Counted from the stretch's first letter, positions 23,518-35,700 are shown. The stretch: 64,000 bases of DNA from Mayamaea pseudoterrestris (GCA_027923505.1 BROI01000039.1:1-64000), one strand, 5' to 3'. Numbers and translations are program-made. The notes: generated from the sequence alone by a model not told the origin.

Positions 23518-25215
23518 ATGAGGAGTTCGAGCGAGCATCAGCAGCTCACAGACAACTACGATCATATCAAGACTATAACTGCCGTCGCGACAGGAAGAGA
23601 TCCCATTTTGGAAGAAGGGACATTTCACGCCCCGACCGAAATCACTAACATGACGAGACGCTCTCGACAACGGCAGTCGCAAGCAGCAACAAGTTTTTGG
23701 AACGACGAGGAACCGATTGATTATAATGATCAGACTACCAATGCTTCTACCATCACGAAAGACCAACCCCAACATTCAATCAATGTAGATCAAGACGAAA
23801 GTCAAGATGTCGCGCTCCTCTCTTCGCCGGATGCACCAGCATCACTTTTGGCGGCGCAAGCAACACTTCAAAACTTTACACTCATGAGCATTCTATTCTC
23901 ATGCAACCACGGTTGCGTCGTGGCATGCTTGGGCTTGGCAACATCGAGGCTTGGATTTTCATTGGGAGCTGCCCAGAGTGGAATTCTGTACTTGTGCTAT
24001 ACCCTCTCGGGCTTGTTTGGATCAACGTATGTGGTCAAGCGATTGGGATCGCGCAATGCACTCATGGCAGGCATGGCCATGTATATTCTATACGTTGGCT
24101 GCTTTTGGTTTGCGACTGTCATGCAGGATGAGATTCAAAAGGATTTTGCTGTATACTTGGGAGGCGTCGTTGGAGGTACTGGCGCTGGGTTTTTATGGAC
24201 GGCGCAGGGATCATACTTTACGAGTGCTGCCCAAGAGTATGCCAAGTGCTCGAATCAATCAACTTCTGATGCAACGTCAAAGCTTGCGGGAATATTTGCC
24301 TTTCTCTACCTTGCATTGGAAGTCTTGCTGCGGGCTATGTCAACAATGCTTCTGCAAGCTGGACTTGAATGGTCGAGCGTCTTTCAAATTTATGCCTTGT
24401 TAACGGCAGCTTCAACGATTCTCATGTTGGCAGTGCAGCAACAAGAAAGTACAGATACCGAAAGCAGTTTGAATGCAACTGTGTTTAACAAGGCTACGGC
24501 GGCGTGGCAGCTGCTAAAGAATGATCCGAGAATGAAATACATGGTGGGATTAAACGCAGTTTTTGGACTGAGCGCATCGTTTCTCAACTCCTACGTCAAC
24601 GGTCAAGTTGTTCGCATTGTACTACAGGATGAATCGGCCAAGTATGTCGGTATCTTGACTGCTGGAATGGCTTCTTGGGCTGCCATGATGAGTCTCGTGT
24701 TCGGCAAGGCGTCACAAGCGCTCGGAAAAGGTCCGATCCTTGTCGCGGGTTCCATTTCCTTCGCTTTCGTAGCGTTGCCGTTTCTCGTGTATCCAAAGGT
24801 CGAAAACTGGAGCTGGGTATTGCTTGTTTTTGTTTACATGATGCAGGGAACGGGACGCGCTACCTTTGAAGGCACTCTCAAGGCGACATTCGCCGACTTC
24901 TTCTCGTTCGAGAAGGAGGGCGCCTTTGCCAACATTATTTTGCAAACTGGACTGTCAACGTCGATTGGATATGTTATGACATTTTCGTTAACATGCGCGC
25001 AGGAAAGCAATTACTGCGTGCCGTATCAGGATGGGTCGCTGCACAACGTTCTGTCCTTTGAACTCGCCATAGTTGTTGCAGCTGTTGCTGCCATTGCTGG
25101 CTATTGGAAAGCATCATTGATACACGAGCGAAGGTTAGCTGCTGCTAGTTCAGCGTTTCAACTGACCGAGTCGAGTCTGCTGGCTGCTGAGCCAACGCAG
25201 AGGGCAGATGCATGA
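23518..25215 (+). CDS. UNC-93-like MFS membrane protein
   Basis: About 11-12 hydrophobic segments; GGTGAGFLWTAQGSY motif. Confidence 0.8.
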   Translation: MRSSSEHQQLTDNYDHIKTITAVATGRDPILEEGTFHAPTEITNMTRRSRQRQSQAATSFWNDEEPIDYNDQTTNASTITKDQPQHSINVDQDESQDVALLSSPDAPASLLAAQATLQNFTLMSILFSCNHGCVVACLGLATSRLGFSLGAAQSGILYLCYTLSGLFGSTYVVKRLGSRNALMAGMAMYILYVGCFWFATVMQDEIQKDFAVYLGGVVGGTGAGFLWTAQGSYFTSAAQEYAKCSNQSTSDATSKLAGIFAFLYLALEVLLRAMSTMLLQAGLEWSSVFQIYALLTAASTILMLAVQQQESTDTESSLNATVFNKATAAWQLLKNDPRMKYMVGLNAVFGLSASFLNSYVNGQVVRIVLQDESAKYVGILTAGMASWAAMMSLVFGKASQALGKGPILVAGSISFAFVALPFLVYPKVENWSWVLLVFVYMMQGTGRATFEGTLKATFADFFSFEKEGAFANIILQTGLSTSIGYVMTFSLTCAQESNYCVPYQDGSLHNVLSFELAIVVAAVAAIAGYWKASLIHERRLAAASSAFQLTESSLLAAEPTQRADA

Positions 25216-25700
25216 TACATGCAAGCTTTAGCGTGAATCGCCTTGAGAAGAAAAGGAATGTAAGACTGTGCTCGCTGTATTTTAGTCCTTTATCAACCTT
25301 GACTGTTGAGCGAATGCCCTGCCATGCAGTAATCCTAACCGGCAATATAATGTCAATCGTCGATAGCTGCCGATCTCAAATTGTTCGCTCATTACTGCCA
25401 GTAGATTTCGGCGAGACGTTCTTGACGTATTCCTTAAAACAATTGAGTTACTTTGTAGGGTATTTCCCGGAGTGTGATGAAGTGGCGCCAAGGACGGCGA
25501 GCGCCAGCCGGGATGGATCGTGCCAAACATGCCCAAAACAACCTCATTAGTCATGGGCATATATGGCATCCGAATTGCCGAACTTTTATCATTTCGAAGA
25601 ATAAGTCCCGCTGCGATATTTTGTTTGTCGCGAAACGCGTCGATGACGACCGTCAACAGCAACATGATTCGGACGAGACAAGAGGGCCCGAAACAAGGCC

Positions 25701-26318
25701 ATGGAGCATATCTACAATAGCGTTGACAGCGCAATGAACTGGTTATTTTCTTCAAAGACCCGTGCCACTGACGATGAATTGGAACCGAGCGTGAGGAGCG
25801 CCGTTGCAGCGTCGGAACTGTCGACCGAACTATCGTCTAGCGCAGCAGAAGTTGCAGAGATTGACAGTGACATTCAAACTGCCAAAGCTGACTTGGTCAA
25901 GGCAGAAGAGAAGGAACGATTTGTTGGTTTACGAATCTACAAGTATCAAAATGACCTGCACGAGCGTCGCCGCATTCTTGACGAACACGTTCCAGGACTC
26001 CAGGCAGCCGACGAGACGGAAGACTTGCTGGACGAGGAGAACCCCGACGATGGCACGAACGAACGAGATGAAGCAAGGGCTGCTGCTACTCATGCACGAT
26101 TACTGGATAAGTGGGAACAAGATAGTCGTGCGCTGGAAAAGGTCGTTAAAAGTCATCAGACCATTCTCATGCACTGCGAAGAAATTCGTCGTAAACTGAA
26201 GGATCTCGAGTCCAAACGGCATACACTTGATAACATGCGAAGAGAATATGGAGGATATTATGAACAAGAGGCTACAAAAGGACGTGCTGCGGATGTAGAG
26301 GATCAGGGCCATGCCTAG
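25701..26318 (+). CDS. Hypothetical coiled-coil protein
   Basis: 205-aa ATG ORF with charged heptad-like composition. Confidence 0.6.
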   Translation: MEHIYNSVDSAMNWLFSSKTRATDDELEPSVRSAVAASELSTELSSSAAEVAEIDSDIQTAKADLVKAEEKERFVGLRIYKYQNDLHERRRILDEHVPGLQAADETEDLLDEENPDDGTNERDEARAAATHARLLDKWEQDSRALEKVVKSHQTILMHCEEIRRKLKDLESKRHTLDNMRREYGGYYEQEATKGRAADVEDQGHA

Positions 26319-26699
26319 CTTGGGACTTTGGCGAATGCTGGCGACACTGCATCTTTCAATGAATACGGTAGCCATTACATATTTGAAAGCACTAAATACA
26401 ACCACACTAATCTTACTGCAGCCTGTAGATGCTTTTAATAGAATGAAAGGCCAAGTATAAGCCAACTAAGATAAGGAAAATAGATGTTTGGCGATTTGGC
26501 CCGTCGTGAATTGCGAAAACGTCATTTGAGTCATTTCTCTCGAAACGCCCGATTCGTTTGCAGGCATTACGGATCACAGCACCATCGCAGCATCCACTGA
26601 TGAGACACATCAACGCGCCAACTGCTGATCCTTATTGAGCGAAGGACGGTCGATTTGTCATTCACAATCGGACCACTTGCGTCAAAGGTCTTCCAATCA

Positions 26700-28100
26700 A
26701 TGAGCTCTCGACGAAGCCGTCTCTCGACGATCCTGACGGTAGCCGTATTGCTTCGTTCCACTCTGTTTGGCTGTCACGCCTCAACCATCAATAATGACGA
26801 AAGAGCAAGCCATTCTCATCAAACAGATCGCCGCCTTGCAGAGAATCGAGATCAACAAAAAGATTCACCTCTCTTTGCAATCCACCCTAACATTCAGGTA
26901 GTCGGGCCAACTGCTTTTCCAAGGCCAACGGATTACTTTCATCGACGAACGTCGTCCATAAACAACAAGGACGCTATTAACATTACCAACTTTATTCAAC
27001 CAAAGTTTGGACAACATCGACCCGATCAAGACGCTGTTTTGGCGTTAGCAGCCGAGTATACGCTCGACAACTACTTGGTCTTTGTGGAATCCTTGCGACG
27101 CACTGGCTTCCAAGGTGACATTGTGCTGAGTCTCAGTCCAATCGACTACGCCAATGATGAGATTCGCTCATACTTGCAGAGCGACCCGCACATTATTGTT
27201 TACGTTCCAACGCTTCATTGCTTTAACTTGGAAGGAGAGGTCGTTGATAGTGTCAAGGGCGGCATGCGCATATGTCACTTGCCAAACATGTATGGAATCG
27301 CCAACAGCAACAATGGCACCGTCACACCACTCGACGATCCTCGACCCGCTCGCACCGTGTCAGTGACGCGCTACGAAATATACTGGATCATGGCACGCCA
27401 CTACGACTCGAACTGTTGGTTGTTGCTGGTGGATTCGCGCGACACATACTTTCAGACGAATCCCTTTGCCCATGTTCCTCGGCAAGCGATGACAAAAGAG
27501 AAAGCAATAACGTCGGGACTGTTGTATTTCTTTGGCGAAAACGCAGACGCGACTCGCATTGGCGCAAGCAACATGAACCGCAAGTGGCTTACCCTTGCGT
27601 ATGGTGACTACGTGGCTCAAACCTTGTCGCAAAAGCCCATTGTCTGTTCCGGCGCCACCATGGGCGAAGCAGTCGCCTTGGATGCCTACTTGCGCGCCAT
27701 GGTGAGCGAGTCGGATGAAACAAACACTGTCATTTACGGAGCTGATCAAGGTTTTCACAATTTCTTGTACTATTCGGGCAAACTACGCAACGCGGAAGCG
27801 ATTCACGCGATTGTTGTCTTTGAGCAAGGCCAAGGCATTGTTAACAACATGGGTGCCATGCGAACGAAGGATCTAGCCGAATGGGGTAATGGCAAAATTT
27901 TGACCGAGATTGATAATGTTGACCATCCGGGTGAAGCAGTTGCGCAGGTATTGAATTGGGATGGCAATCCGAGTCCAGTGGTGCACCAGTATGATCGACA
28001 CGACTTATTGACGCGGCACTTCTACAAGCGCAAGCGGGAGCACTTTCGCAACGACTACAATGCACGGCAAAAAGTAAAGACTGAAGTCAAGACTCTGTAG
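26700..28100 (+). CDS. Putative secreted or Golgi GT-A-like glycosyltransferase of unknown function
   Basis: Signal-like N-terminus; LLVDSRDTYFQ, CSGATMG, ADQGFHN, VVHQYDR motifs. Confidence 0.65.
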   Translation: MSSRRSRLSTILTVAVLLRSTLFGCHASTINNDERASHSHQTDRRLAENRDQQKDSPLFAIHPNIQVVGPTAFPRPTDYFHRRTSSINNKDAINITNFIQPKFGQHRPDQDAVLALAAEYTLDNYLVFVESLRRTGFQGDIVLSLSPIDYANDEIRSYLQSDPHIIVYVPTLHCFNLEGEVVDSVKGGMRICHLPNMYGIANSNNGTVTPLDDPRPARTVSVTRYEIYWIMARHYDSNCWLLLVDSRDTYFQTNPFAHVPRQAMTKEKAITSGLLYFFGENADATRIGASNMNRKWLTLAYGDYVAQTLSQKPIVCSGATMGEAVALDAYLRAMVSESDETNTVIYGADQGFHNFLYYSGKLRNAEAIHAIVVFEQGQGIVNNMGAMRTKDLAEWGNGKILTEIDNVDHPGEAVAQVLNWDGNPSPVVHQYDRHDLLTRHFYKRKREHFRNDYNARQKVKTEVKTL

Positions 28101-28540
28101 TGATACGGTGTGTGTTTGAGTGACGCCGTTGCAACGGATATAATTAGCAAACTTAAAGTACGTTGTAAAGGAAGACGTAGCACGCTATCAAATTCATGGT
28201 CCTTACTCCTCCCATCAATCCACAACTCGAATCATCACCGCTCTCCGCTGATATTCAACGTGACGGCATCACTCTGACTGGCAATGAAGCCAATTAGGTC
28301 GCTGGCGTATGATGACCGGGATGGGATGCAGTCAGTTGGCATTGGCCCGATGCCGCATGGCAGTTTGCACGTGTACATTAAACTATTGAGCGACGAACTT
28401 GAACTGTCGCGGCGCATGAAGGACTCGAGCTGCGCGCTAGAGGTGTACTGCAACGCAATGAGTCTCACGGGTGCCATGTGGGAGCTGATCGTTCGAATGC
28501 AACGATCAGCACACGGCAAGCCGACCTCGTGCTCAGTCGT

Positions 28541-29710
28541 CTATTTCTGATATCCAATGCACTCATCAGGTTCGATTGTCCTAGGAGAAGGCAGGAAACC
28601 TTTTATGCGAACCTTTTCTTGTCGAATGTACTTGAGATCCAGCAGCCCCACTGGAGGGTCTACGTAGATTGATCCATCCTTGACGTCAATGACGGGAACA
28701 AGTTGGGGCACCAGCGGCATGAGCACTAGCTCGTCATAAAGAGAAGCTGTCCCTCCTTGCCCCCGAGGAAGAACTAGCTCAAGAAAATCATGAAGTCCTG
28801 GAATGCTTGTCAAATCTTCCGCAAACACCACGCCGTTTACTTTTCCAACGTATCTCCGTTCTCCAACCTTTGTATCCTCATACAGAAACACGTCAAGCCC
28901 AATGAGGTCTGAAACAATGAACTCCTCCGACTCGGTTTCCATTAAATCTTCGTCACGCGCATACAGCACCGACCCACGCAACTTCATGGCTGCTTCTCGA
29001 TCATCGATACCGTCCAATCTAATGAGATACTCATCTCCATGTCTTTGACGTCCTTCCTGCAACATGACGGGCCGCGGCGCTCGCTTACGCGGCGCCTTGA
29101 TGTGACGAACTCCCGGCTTGCAGAGTCGCTCCGACGCAAAATCCGTGAGGCAGCGCACCTTGATCATGCCGTGAACGCCATGGGCACCGCCTATGGAAGC
29201 AATCTCAACATATCCAAATGTTGTCGGATCGTAAGGGTCAATGGTTTTGGTATCAGGAAAGATCATTGGCTGAGCATTCGTGTTGACAGCAGGAGGACTT
29301 GACGCCTTTGAGGAATCGTTTCGCTGATGTTGCTTCTTCGTAAGTTCGGCGTTTAGTAGCGTGTTTTGTTCCAAGGATTCTGCAATCAAGGAGTCAAACG
29401 GATCACTCGCCAGGCTTTCTACTTTTGAAAACTGCTCGTACTTGTTCTTTTTGCGACGTCGCTTAAAAGGGGCTTCGGCCGTCGTGGCAGCAGCGTCCTT
29501 TTCGCACGGAAGGAGCGAAGCGCCGATGGACGTCGTGGTTTTGCAGTCGGTATGCTTTAAAAAGAAATGCCTTTCACTCTTCGCAATTGGCAGCAAGAAT
29601 CCATCAGTCGCCACCAATAATGATGGCACAACAAGTAACAGCCAAACTATCATCGTTGGGTGAAGTGGACGCATCATGAGCTGCTCCATTTTGATGGACG
29701 AATGGTTCAT
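28541..29710 (-). CDS. rimM: Plastid ribosome maturation factor RimM
   Basis: GAHGVHGMIKV, DREAAMKLRG, EFIVSDLIGL, PRC-barrel C-terminus; signal peptide followed by TDG-FLL. Confidence 0.85.
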   Translation of the reverse strand: MNHSSIKMEQLMMRPLHPTMIVWLLLVVPSLLVATDGFLLPIAKSERHFFLKHTDCKTTTSIGASLLPCEKDAAATTAEAPFKRRRKKNKYEQFSKVESLASDPFDSLIAESLEQNTLLNAELTKKQHQRNDSSKASSPPAVNTNAQPMIFPDTKTIDPYDPTTFGYVEIASIGGAHGVHGMIKVRCLTDFASERLCKPGVRHIKAPRKRAPRPVMLQEGRQRHGDEYLIRLDGIDDREAAMKLRGSVLYARDEDLMETESEEFIVSDLIGLDVFLYEDTKVGERRYVGKVNGVVFAEDLTSIPGLHDFLELVLPRGQGGTASLYDELVLMPLVPQLVPVIDVKDGSIYVDPPVGLLDLKYIRQEKVRIKGFLPSPRTIEPDECIGYQK

Positions 29711-29886
29711 GCGTCGAGCTCCAGCTGACCATCCGGCACTGCAATGAGTACCGCAACGACAGTTAAACCTGGTTGGTGATTCTTCGTCTTGTCGTAACCT
29801 TCACTTGAACAGCACTCTACTTCTACTGACGATCGGTGACATACTACCGGTAGTGCTGCCTATACAGTCGCTAACAATTATCCTTC

Positions 29887-31971
29887 ATGGTATCAGTCGA
29901 ATTGATTGAGGACCCCTTGGATTTGCGGGGTCGTGTCGATGCAGCCCATGGCACGCTGCATCGTACCTTCATTGTTCATGCGCAAATACCTCTCACGGAA
30001 ACCATGACGCATCAAACGCATGGTGATCATTACGACAAAGCCTTGGAGGAGGGAGGAAGAGCTGCCAAAGTCTCGCTGGCTGACTTTTTTGCCAGGAAAC
30101 AGGCCACGTCGGCCAAGGATTTCGTCGTTGCACAAAATAATATGGTCTGTTGCTTGGAGCCGCTCGAGTGGATGACAGCTTCCACCTCACAAACGAGACG
30201 CCGAAAGCGATCAGCTTGCGTTCCTTTCATATTTGAACGTACGGATGTCTTTTGTCAAGGAGAAATGCTTCATATATATGCGCGACTCTTTGTTTACGCG
30301 AGTTCTTCAGCAGGAGCGACGAATGAAGATGCCAATCAACCTTCTTTGTCGGCCAACGAAACGTTCATTGCGATTGCCCAAAGCTTGCTGGTTCGTCTGC
30401 TACTGCTCGATTCTACTCAATTAGACGATCTCATGAATCATGTCGCAACTACTGTATTCCAGGAACGGCTTCGGTCACAGCTAAAGCAACTCAACTTGGT
30501 CGCCTTTGTTGCGAATGGCTCCATTCTGCCGCGCAAAAGTGGCGCTAGCCAAGCGCCCATGGCTAGTCCACCCGCCGTGCCCTTTTGTGCACCGATGGAC
30601 AGCTCCATGAGCCGAACGATACAAGTTGAAATGGGCGCGCTCGCTGCATTTGTCAACGTCAACGGACAACACAGTCGGCGCGGCTTGAATGCAACAGCAA
30701 ATAACGCAACGAATGTAATTCACATATCCGGAATGGGAGTTCCACGAGGCATTACCTTGATTGTCGGCGGCGGCTACCATGGCAAGTCAACCATGCTACG
30801 CTGCATTGCCTCTGGCGTCTACAACAAGTGTTTCGGCGACGGCCGCGAGTTTTGCGTCACGGTTGACGACGCCGTCACAATCCGCGCCGAGGATGGCCGT
30901 CACGTGAACAATTGCAACATTAGTGCATTCATATCCAATCTACCAAGTCCACCAGGTACTAGTTCAGCAGTCGACACGACACATTTCTCAACTGCCGAAG
31001 CGTCGGGGTCAACGAGTCAGGCGGCGAGTACAGTCGAGGCGATTGAAATGGGTGCGTCCGCGTTTTTAGTCGACGAAGATGTCAGTGCCGCCAATTTCAT
31101 GGCGAGGGATGGTCGCATGCGAGCCATGATCATGGACGAGTCGATTACACCACTCTTGTATCGCGTCAATGGCCTTTACGCGGCCAAGGGAATATCGTCA
31201 ATCGTTGTCGTCGGAGGTGTCGGCGACTGGTTGGATGTGCCTGACCAAGTAATTTTAATGGACAAGTACATTTGCAAAGATGCGACAGCCAAAGCCAAAT
31301 CAGTGTCAAAACAATTTTCCCATGGGCATGTGCAGTACGCAGGGCGTGGCGTAGTGCATCGACTAGAGTGGAATAAATCGGGTACGCCCAATCCTCGACG
31401 CCCGTGCGCCGACTCGTGTACGCGTTATGATCCCACGCATAACTCAATCTCCCTCGTGGAGGGCATGGACGCCATTCGGGTTCATCCGTTGGACGATGCT
31501 GTTCAAATTGACAATGATGAGCACGACGATGATTACATTGACATGTCACGATGCGAGCAACTCGTGGGCAAGAAGCCACAGCTGTACGGCACGGGGATGT
31601 GCGCCCTGCAGTTGATTGAAATTTGTCGAAAAAATCCAAACTATGGTCTGGCAGACTTTTTGACTAAGCTCGACGACTTTCTAGATGAAGTGGGCATGTC
31701 CTTTTGCTTTGGCGATTATGACAGAGACTGTACACGCGCTGCGCTGCATACGTCGGGGCATTGGAAGCTACTGGTGGAAACAATGGGTTGTGCATTGCGG
31801 CCTCGTCGATTCGAAGTCGGACAAGCTTTGACGCGATTGCATGGTATCAAGATGGTTGTACTACCTGTTACAGAGGACGAAGCCGAAATTGCGGAGAGGG
31901 TCGACGCTGAACGAAGGAAACAAGAGCTACTTGATTTGTGGAATAAACGGCGCGCTCACAAGATACCGTAG
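29887..31971 (+). CDS. COG3044-type ABC-class ATPase
   Basis: FVANGSILPRKSG, Walker A GGGYHGKST, IRAEDGR, ASGSTSQAA, LVDEDVSAANFMARD. Confidence 0.85.
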   Translation: MVSVELIEDPLDLRGRVDAAHGTLHRTFIVHAQIPLTETMTHQTHGDHYDKALEEGGRAAKVSLADFFARKQATSAKDFVVAQNNMVCCLEPLEWMTASTSQTRRRKRSACVPFIFERTDVFCQGEMLHIYARLFVYASSSAGATNEDANQPSLSANETFIAIAQSLLVRLLLLDSTQLDDLMNHVATTVFQERLRSQLKQLNLVAFVANGSILPRKSGASQAPMASPPAVPFCAPMDSSMSRTIQVEMGALAAFVNVNGQHSRRGLNATANNATNVIHISGMGVPRGITLIVGGGYHGKSTMLRCIASGVYNKCFGDGREFCVTVDDAVTIRAEDGRHVNNCNISAFISNLPSPPGTSSAVDTTHFSTAEASGSTSQAASTVEAIEMGASAFLVDEDVSAANFMARDGRMRAMIMDESITPLLYRVNGLYAAKGISSIVVVGGVGDWLDVPDQVILMDKYICKDATAKAKSVSKQFSHGHVQYAGRGVVHRLEWNKSGTPNPRRPCADSCTRYDPTHNSISLVEGMDAIRVHPLDDAVQIDNDEHDDDYIDMSRCEQLVGKKPQLYGTGMCALQLIEICRKNPNYGLADFLTKLDDFLDEVGMSFCFGDYDRDCTRAALHTSGHWKLLVETMGCALRPRRFEVGQALTRLHGIKMVVLPVTEDEAEIAERVDAERRKQELLDLWNKRRAHKIP

Positions 31972-32070
31972 AATAGATGAAAATTTAATGTTTTAATGTT
32001 TATTATGTACTTAAACTACCGTGTTAGCTTGTCTATTGGCGATGTGTACACGAACACGATCCACAAATGC

Positions 32071-32511
32071 TTAGAAGTGATCAACGACTTTGGAAACCCA
32101 TTTCTTTCCATCTGGAAACCGAATGCCACCTTTCTCCCAGACTCCTGGCACCTTGTTTGGTCCACCGATTGGTGTTTCGTCAACCAGAATTTGTTCTCCG
32201 TTGACCTTGCCGGTGAGCGTCCAGGCCTTTTCTCCGGTTCCGAAGCCACATGCTGGGTTAGGATCCGTTCCAGTAAGCTTGGCGACCTTGGTAAATCTGT
32301 TAACCTTGACCTGGCGGGTGCATTCCGGGTGCTGTTCATCCGTGTAGGAGCCATTCAAGTCAACAACGGCGTTAGATACGAGTGCGCTGCCTCCAATGAT
32401 GGCTGATGCTGTTGCGACGGAAGCGGCCTTCTTGACAAAGCTTGGTACAGCCCACGCATTCGTCGACACAGCGAGCGAAGCTGCAAGGCTAATGTATAGA
32501 GAGGTCTTCAT
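32071..32511 (-). CDS. Small protein, probably thylakoid-lumenal
   Basis: Signal peptide with TNA-W, second Ala-rich hydrophobic stretch ending VSNA, mature beta-rich domain YTDEQHP...FPDGKKW. Confidence 0.7.
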   Translation of the reverse strand: MKTSLYISLAASLAVSTNAWAVPSFVKKAASVATASAIIGGSALVSNAVVDLNGSYTDEQHPECTRQVKVNRFTKVAKLTGTDPNPACGFGTGEKAWTLTGKVNGEQILVDETPIGGPNKVPGVWEKGGIRFPDGKKWVSKVVDHF

Positions 32512-32710
32512 GATGTGCTTGATTTGAGATAATGATATGGTTGATTGGGTTGATGAGGTTTCCAGATCTTGGATCTCGAACGTTTGCCGATTCGAAGAAG
32601 ATCGTCGAAGCCCTGGAAGGTCACGGATCCTTCGAATCGAAAATCGGTCATTCTGTGTGTGAGTATTCACTATAGGTGCCACGATTGTGTCTAGGGGGCT
32701 TGGTTTATGG

Positions 32711-35700
32711 ATGTTGTTGTCCATTTGTTGAATTTGCGGAGTCTCTGGGCATAGTGATGAGGTCCACACCAAAATTGACAAGTCTATGAGTCTGATTCAA
32801 TGTAAACGTCCTTGAGGTGCACCGCTAGCAGGTCCAACAAGTTGTTGGATCAGCTGAGTATCACCATGGCACATTTGGTGGCGGATACTGGGGTGCTAAT
32901 GACCATCATAACAACAAACATGAATTGAAAGCAATTGGAGGGCTCAGCCGGAATTGCTGATGATCCCTGCCGCAAAAAAGGGTGCAGTGCTGGCACATTC
33001 AACCACTTGTTGAATGTGCGGAGTCTCTGGGCATAGTGATGGGTTCCACACCCAAACTGACAAGTCTACAAGTCTGATTCAATGTATACATCCATGTCTG
33101 TTGTATTATGGGGTCTGGGGTCTGTAGGCCATTTTGGAAGTCTGACTTGCCACTTGAGGTGCACCGCTAGCAGGTCCAACTAGTTGTTGGATCAGCTGAA
33201 TATCACCATGGCACATTTGGTGGCGGATACTGGGGTGCTAATGACCATCATAACAACAAACATGAATTGAAAGCATTTGGAGGGCTCAGCTGGAAATGCC
33301 GATGATCCCTGCCACCAAAAAGGATGCAGTGCTGGCACATTCAATCATTTGTTGAATGTGCGGAGTCTCTAGGCATAGTGATGGGTTCCACACCCAAACT
33401 GACAAGGCTACAAGTCTGATTCAATGTATTTGTCCATGTCTGCTATATTATGGAGTCTGGGGTCTGTAGGCCATTTTGGAAGTCTGACTTGCCACTTGAG
33501 GTGCACCGCTAGCAGGTCCAACAAGCTGTTGGATCAGCTGAGTATCACTATGGCGCATATGGTGGTGGATACTGAGGTGCTACTGACCAAAGTATGGCCC
33601 TTCATAACAACAAACATGAATTGAAAGCAATTGGAGGGTTCAGCCAGAATTTCTGATGATCCCTGCTGCCAAAAAGGGTGCAGTTCTGGCACATTCAACC
33701 ATTTGATGAAAGTGCGGAGTCTCTGGGCATAGTGATGGGTTCCACACCTAAATTGACAAGTCTACATGTCTGATTCAATGTTAAGATCCATGTCTGCTAT
33801 ATTATGGGGTCTGGGGTCTGTAGGCCATTTTGGAAGTCTGACTTGCCGCTTGAGGTGCACCGCTAGCAGGTCCAACAAGCTGTTGGATCAGCTGAGTATC
33901 ACCATGGAGCATATGGTGGTGGATACTGAGGTGCTAATGACCAATGTATGGCCCTTCATAACAACAAACATGAATTGAAAGCAATTGGAGGGTTCAGCCA
34001 GAATTTCTGATGATCCCTGCCGCCAAAAAGGGTGCAGTGCTGGCACATTCAACCATTTGTTGAATGTGCGGAGTCTCTGGGCATAGTGATGGGTTCCACA
34101 CCCAAACTGACAAGTCTACAAGTCTGATTCAATGTATTCCTCCATGTCTGCTATATTATGGGGTCTGGGGTCTAAAGGCCATCTTGGAAGTCTGACTTGC
34201 CACTTGAGGTGCACCGCTAGCAGGTCCAACAAGTTGTTGGATCAGCTGAGTATCACCATGGCGCATATGGTGGCAGATACTGAGGTGCTACTGACCAACG
34301 TATAGCCCATCAAAACAACAAACATGGATTGAAAGCAATCGGAGGGCTCAGCTGATAATGCTGATGATCCCTGCCACCAAAAAGGATGCAGTGTGGCACA
34401 TTCAACCATTTGCTGAAAGTGTGGAGTCTCTGGGCATAGTGATGGGTTCCACACCCAAACTGACAAGTCTACAAGTCTGATTCAATGTATACATCCATGT
34501 CTGTTGTATTATGGGGTCTGGGGTCTGTAGGCCATTTTGGAAGTCTGACTTGCCACTTGAGGTGCACCGCTAGCAGGTCCAACTAGTTGTTGGATCAGCT
34601 GAGTATCACCATGGCACATTTGGTGATGGATACCGGGGTGCTAATGACCAACGTATGGCCCATCAAAACAACAAACATGAATTGAAGGCAATTGGAGGGC
34701 TCAGCTGATATTGCTGATGATCCCTGCCACCAAAAAGAGTGCAGTGCTAGCACATTCAACCACTTGTTGAATGTGCGGAGTCTCTGGGCATTGTGATGGG
34801 TTCCACACCCAAACTGACAAGTGTACAAGTCTGATTCAAAGTTAACGTCTATGTCTGCTATATTATGGGGTCTGGGGTCTGTAGGCCATTTTGGAAGTCT
34901 GACTTGCCACTTGAGGTGCACCACTAGCAGGTCCAACTAGTTGTTGGATTAGCAGAGTATCACCATGGCATATTTGGTGGCGGATACTGGGGTGCTAATG
35001 ACCATCATAACAACAAACATGAATTGAAAGCAATTGGAGGGCTCAGCTGGAAATGCTGATGATCCCTGCCGCAAAAAAGGGTGCAGTGCTGGCACATTCA
35101 ACCATTTGTTGAATGTGCGGAGTCTCTGGGCATAGTGATGGGTTCCACACCCAAACTGACAAGTCTACAAGTCTGAATCAATGTATATGTCCATGTCTGT
35201 TGTATTATGGGGTCTGGGGTCTGTAGGCCATTTTGGAAGTCTGACTTTCCACTTGAGGTGCACTGCTAGCAGGTCCAACAAGTTGTTGGATCAGCCGAGT
35301 ATCACCATGGCACATTTAGTGGTGGATACTGAGGTGCTAATGGCCAGCGTATGGCCCATCAAAACAACAAACATGAATTGAAAGCAATTGGAGGGCTCAG
35401 CCAGAATAGCTGATGATCCCTGCCACCAAAAAGGGTGCAGTGCTGGCACATTCAACCATTTGTTGAATGTGCGGAGTCTCTGGGCATAGTGATGGGTTCC
35501 ACACCTAAATTGACAAGTCTACAAGTCTGATTCAATGTAAACGTCCATGTCTGCTATATTATGGGGTCTGGGGTCTGTAGGCCATTTTGGAAGTCTGACT
35601 TGCCACTTGAGGTGCATTGCTAGCAGGTCCAACAAGTTGTTGGATCAGCTGAGTATCACCATGGCACATTTAGTGGTGGATACCAGGGTGCTAATGACTA

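Noticed and set aside
28235..28550. Short ORFs between convergent genes (also 45654-45874)
   Set aside because: No motifs or splice support
32512..32781. N-terminal extension of the 236-aa ORF
   Set aside because: Starts inside the satellite; the signal peptide begins at the ATG at 32511
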